From contig MEXR01000032.1 in NCBI GenBank assembly GCA_001773775.1, forward strand, positions 7,266 through 71,265: a stretch of DNA of 64,000 bases. Reading direction: 5' to 3'. This stretch comes from Candidatus Amesbacteria bacterium RIFOXYB1_FULL_44_23. Its GTDB lineage: Bacteria > Patescibacteriota > Microgenomatia > CAZETR01 > Amesbacteraceae. The first letter of the stretch is position 1. The number at the start of each line of letters is the position of its first letter. Positions 61,739 through 64,000 of the stretch are shown here, in pieces. The position numbers and the translations under genes were made by a program. Under the pieces are notes generated by a model. That model was not told where the DNA came from, did not search any database, and saw only the letters and a program-made list of their open reading frames with translations.

Positions 61739-63163
61739 ATGGAAGGCCAAGAAGGGTGGGTGCAGAGAAATCCCAGAACCAGAGGAGAGTCCTCAGTCGA
61801 ATTCTGGAAACGGGAAATTAGGGGGGCAATTTTAGATCCCGATACCGAACCTGTCGGAATGCCGGAAGACATTAGGGATCAAACGGCTTTGGAACTGGCT
61901 GCTCAGCAGGGAAATCTAGAGCAACATTCAATGCGCGATTGGATGACCGGAGTTTTAAACAGAGAGGAAATTTTGGATAAGGCACACCGGCTGGTGGGGC
62001 TGGAGAGAGTTCACAAAGATCATAAAGTAGCATTGGCGATTCTGGATTTGGATGACTTTGGCAAGATTGCAAAGCGGGAAGCGACGGAAACGCTTTCCCG
62101 AGTTGATATTGAAAAACAGGCTGACGCTGTTTTAGTAAAAATGACCAGGTTAATAATGGAAAAGAAAAAAGAGGAGCAGACAAAGCCCGGGGGCGAAGTG
62201 TGGAAAAACTTTGATATCGGCCGGCTGGGGGGAGAGGAGTTTTTACTAGTGATTGACGAGAAGGATCCGCAAAAGATAGCCTTGGTGTTGGAGGAAGTGA
62301 GAAAGCTGGTGGAAGCGGAGTTGGCAACGCAGTCGGGAATTTTGGATGTGCGCCCGACACTGACTGCCAGCATGGGAGTAAATTTAGTAGAACCCGGAAG
62401 TGATGTTTCGCAGGGTTTGTTGAAAGCCGATGCGGCGTTGTATAAGGCTAAAGCCCAGGGCAAAAACCAGGTGATGTTTTTTGACGAGTCGATGACAACT
62501 TCAGAGCCAGAAAAACAGGATAATAGGTTGGAAAGGGAGCAGATAGAAAGGGATTCGGTTCTTAAAAGAAGGGAAGAGCTGAGGCTGCAATTTACTGAAG
62601 AATTAAAGGCGCTGACTGATAACCAGGCATATGAAGCCTGGGTGCAGAAAACGGCGGAGAAGTTTGACCTGCTGGAAGCCTCGTCAAGAATGGATAGCCT
62701 GACTAAAGTTGATCATCGGGGAGCAGCCGAGCTGGCACTAACCGATATGCTTGAGCATGCCCGGGAGAATAATGAAACATTACGGGTGGTGGCAGTGGAC
62801 ATTGCGAGATTTAAAAGTGTGAACGACAATTTAGGACACCCCGAAGGAGATGAGGCATTAAAAGCGGTGGCTGAAGTGATGACAGAGGCCAGTCAAACTA
62901 TCGGGGGAGGGGGAAATGAAGTGGCCAGATGGCGGCCGGGGGGGACGTTTATTCTGGCCAGCACACATCAGGAAGTTGACGCTCAAGATGAGCAGCTGGC
63001 CCTGGATCTCAAAGTAAAGCTGGACCAGGTATTAAGTAAATGGAAGGTTTCGGCAGATGTGGCAGTAGTCAAAGTTGATCCTAATAAGCTGACCGGGGTA
63101 AGAGAGCTGTCGCAGGCTTTAGATGTGGAACTGACCCGGGTAAAAAGCGAGAGAAAGGGATAG
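61739..63163 (+). CDS. Tandem GGDEF-domain protein (one canonical GGEEF, one degenerate)
   Basis: First domain: RLGGEEF and KADAALYKAKAQGKN. Second domain: DIARFKSVNDNLGHPEGDEALKAVA with RWRPGGTFIL in place of GG(D/E)EF. Confidence 0.7.
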   Translation: MEGQEGWVQRNPRTRGESSVEFWKREIRGAILDPDTEPVGMPEDIRDQTALELAAQQGNLEQHSMRDWMTGVLNREEILDKAHRLVGLERVHKDHKVALAILDLDDFGKIAKREATETLSRVDIEKQADAVLVKMTRLIMEKKKEEQTKPGGEVWKNFDIGRLGGEEFLLVIDEKDPQKIALVLEEVRKLVEAELATQSGILDVRPTLTASMGVNLVEPGSDVSQGLLKADAALYKAKAQGKNQVMFFDESMTTSEPEKQDNRLEREQIERDSVLKRREELRLQFTEELKALTDNQAYEAWVQKTAEKFDLLEASSRMDSLTKVDHRGAAELALTDMLEHARENNETLRVVAVDIARFKSVNDNLGHPEGDEALKAVAEVMTEASQTIGGGGNEVARWRPGGTFILASTHQEVDAQDEQLALDLKVKLDQVLSKWKVSADVAVVKVDPNKLTGVRELSQALDVELTRVKSERKG

Positions 63164-63275
63164 AAATTTTTACCGATTGAAGAGGAGGGTTTTTTTGATA
63201 TAATAACTTCTGTTAATTCGCACTCCGATGAGGTTCTCCTTGTCAAAAGCCGTCGGAGGAGGATAAGGAGAACTT

Positions 63276-64000
63276 ATGCAAGATATTTCTTTGAATGATC
63301 TACTAGAAGCGGGGTGTCACTTTGGACATCAGAAGCGACGTTGGAATCCGGCCATGACCAGGTTCATCTACGGGGAGAGAGACGGAGTGCATATTTTTGA
63401 TTTGGCCAAAACAAAATTAGGCTTAGAACAAGCCTGTGAGTTTGCCAAAAATACGGCTGCTTCGGGAGGAAAGATACTGTTTGTGGCCACCAAAAGACAG
63501 GCAGCTGATTTTGTAAAAAATGAAGCCATCAGAGTAGGAATGCCGTATATCACAGTGCGCTGGATGGGAGGGTTTTTAACCAACTACGGACATTTGTCAA
63601 AAAGCATGAAGAAGCTGGCTGATGACAAAACCAAAAGAGAAGCCGGGGATTTTAAGAAATACACCAAGAAAGAAAGACTACTTATTGACAGAGAAATTGC
63701 TAAGTTAGAGAAGTTTTTTTCGGGAGTAATGGATTTACCGGGAATGCCGGCAGCTTTGTTTGTGGTTGATACCCACAGAGAAGATGTGGCAGTTCGGGAG
63801 GGTTTTCGAATGGGAGTTCCGGTAATCGGAATTGTGGACACCAACTCGGATCCGACCATGGTCGAACACGTCATCCCAGCCAACGATGACGCCGTAAAAT
63901 CGATTGAATTGATTGTAAAAACTGTGGCTGATGCGATAGAAGAAGGCAAGAAACAAGGTGAAGCGGTCGAAGCCAAAGCAACGGAGAAGGTTAAATCTAA
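63276..64000 (+). CDS. rpsB: 30S ribosomal protein S2 (3' end beyond window)
   Basis: MQDISLNDLLEAGCHFGHQKRRWNPAMTRFIYGERDGVHIFDL is the canonical S2 N-terminus. RBS GGAGGAGGATAAGGAG upstream. Not in the ORF track because no stop lies within the window. Confidence 0.9.
   Translation, partial: MQDISLNDLLEAGCHFGHQKRRWNPAMTRFIYGERDGVHIFDLAKTKLGLEQACEFAKNTAASGGKILFVATKRQAADFVKNEAIRVGMPYITVRWMGGFLTNYGHLSKSMKKLADDKTKREAGDFKKYTKKERLLIDREIAKLEKFFSGVMDLPGMPAALFVVDTHREDVAVREGFRMGVPVIGIVDTNSDPTMVEHVIPANDDAVKSIELIVKTVADAIEEGKKQGEAVEAKATEKVKS

Noticed and set aside
63181-63195. GAGGAGGGTTTTTTT after the GGDEF gene, considered as a terminator
   Set aside because: There is no convincing upstream stem. It may just be a T-rich spacer before the rpsB RBS.
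1-64000. CRISPR arrays, reverse transcriptase/DGR, transposases, integrases
   Set aside because: No regularly spaced short repeats were found, no YADD/RT motif in any translation, and no DDE or tyrosine-recombinase signatures were seen. The island near tRNA-Trp therefore lacks an obvious mobility gene.

Overview
This 64-kb window looks like part of a small, reduced bacterial genome. Calling it CPR/Patescibacteria-like is an inference from gene content: an archaeal-type ProRS, many Pro/Thr-rich or Cys-rich small secreted proteins, a pilus ATPase, an O-antigen-ligase-TPR fusion and a dockerin-bearing giant protein. All calls come from reading the ORF translations and nucleotide patterns by eye; no database searches were run. 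Well-supported housekeeping genes are rplK, nusG, secE, rpmG, rpmB, rpsB (truncated at the 3' edge), proS, rsgA, def, fmt, galU, mreB, PBP2, topA, dut, thyA, tmk, glyA and folD. Four tRNAs were found by hand-folding on the minus strand: Trp(CCA), Thr(GGU), Tyr(GUA) and Thr(UGU). Other recognisable products include an HD-GYP phosphodiesterase, a tandem-GGDEF diguanylate cyclase, a LexA-type repressor, a PilB/GspE-type ATPase, an M50 protease, a BpsA-like polyamine synthase with a GDDD motif next to SAM decarboxylase, and a 1398-aa secreted PQQ-propeller protein ending in dockerin-like repeats. Findings worth a second look: (1) an AT-rich island abutting the 3' end of tRNA-Trp, carrying a LexA-type repressor divergent from an unrecognisable two-gene cassette (308-aa soluble plus 164-aa membrane-anchored protein) with palindromic candidate operators between them; (2) a T-box leader (AGGGTGGTACCACGAG, followed by an intrinsic terminator) ahead of an unknown 465-aa gene translationally coupled to proS; (3) the conserved thrU-tyrU-thrT tRNA cluster split by a zinc-finger PD-(D/E)xK endonuclease-like gene, a membrane protein and a four-helix-bundle protein; (4) the ancestral rpmG-tRNA-Trp-secE-nusG-rplK cluster split into two same-strand blocks about 24 kb apart; (5) a cluster of small secreted cysteine-rich proteins; (6) a dut-thyA-orf-tmk-glyA-folD block with an unknown ORF where folA usually sits and no recognisable DHFR; (7) 27-nt direct repeats flanking a racemase gene; and several smaller structural oddities. 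No CRISPR array, reverse transcriptase or transposase was seen.
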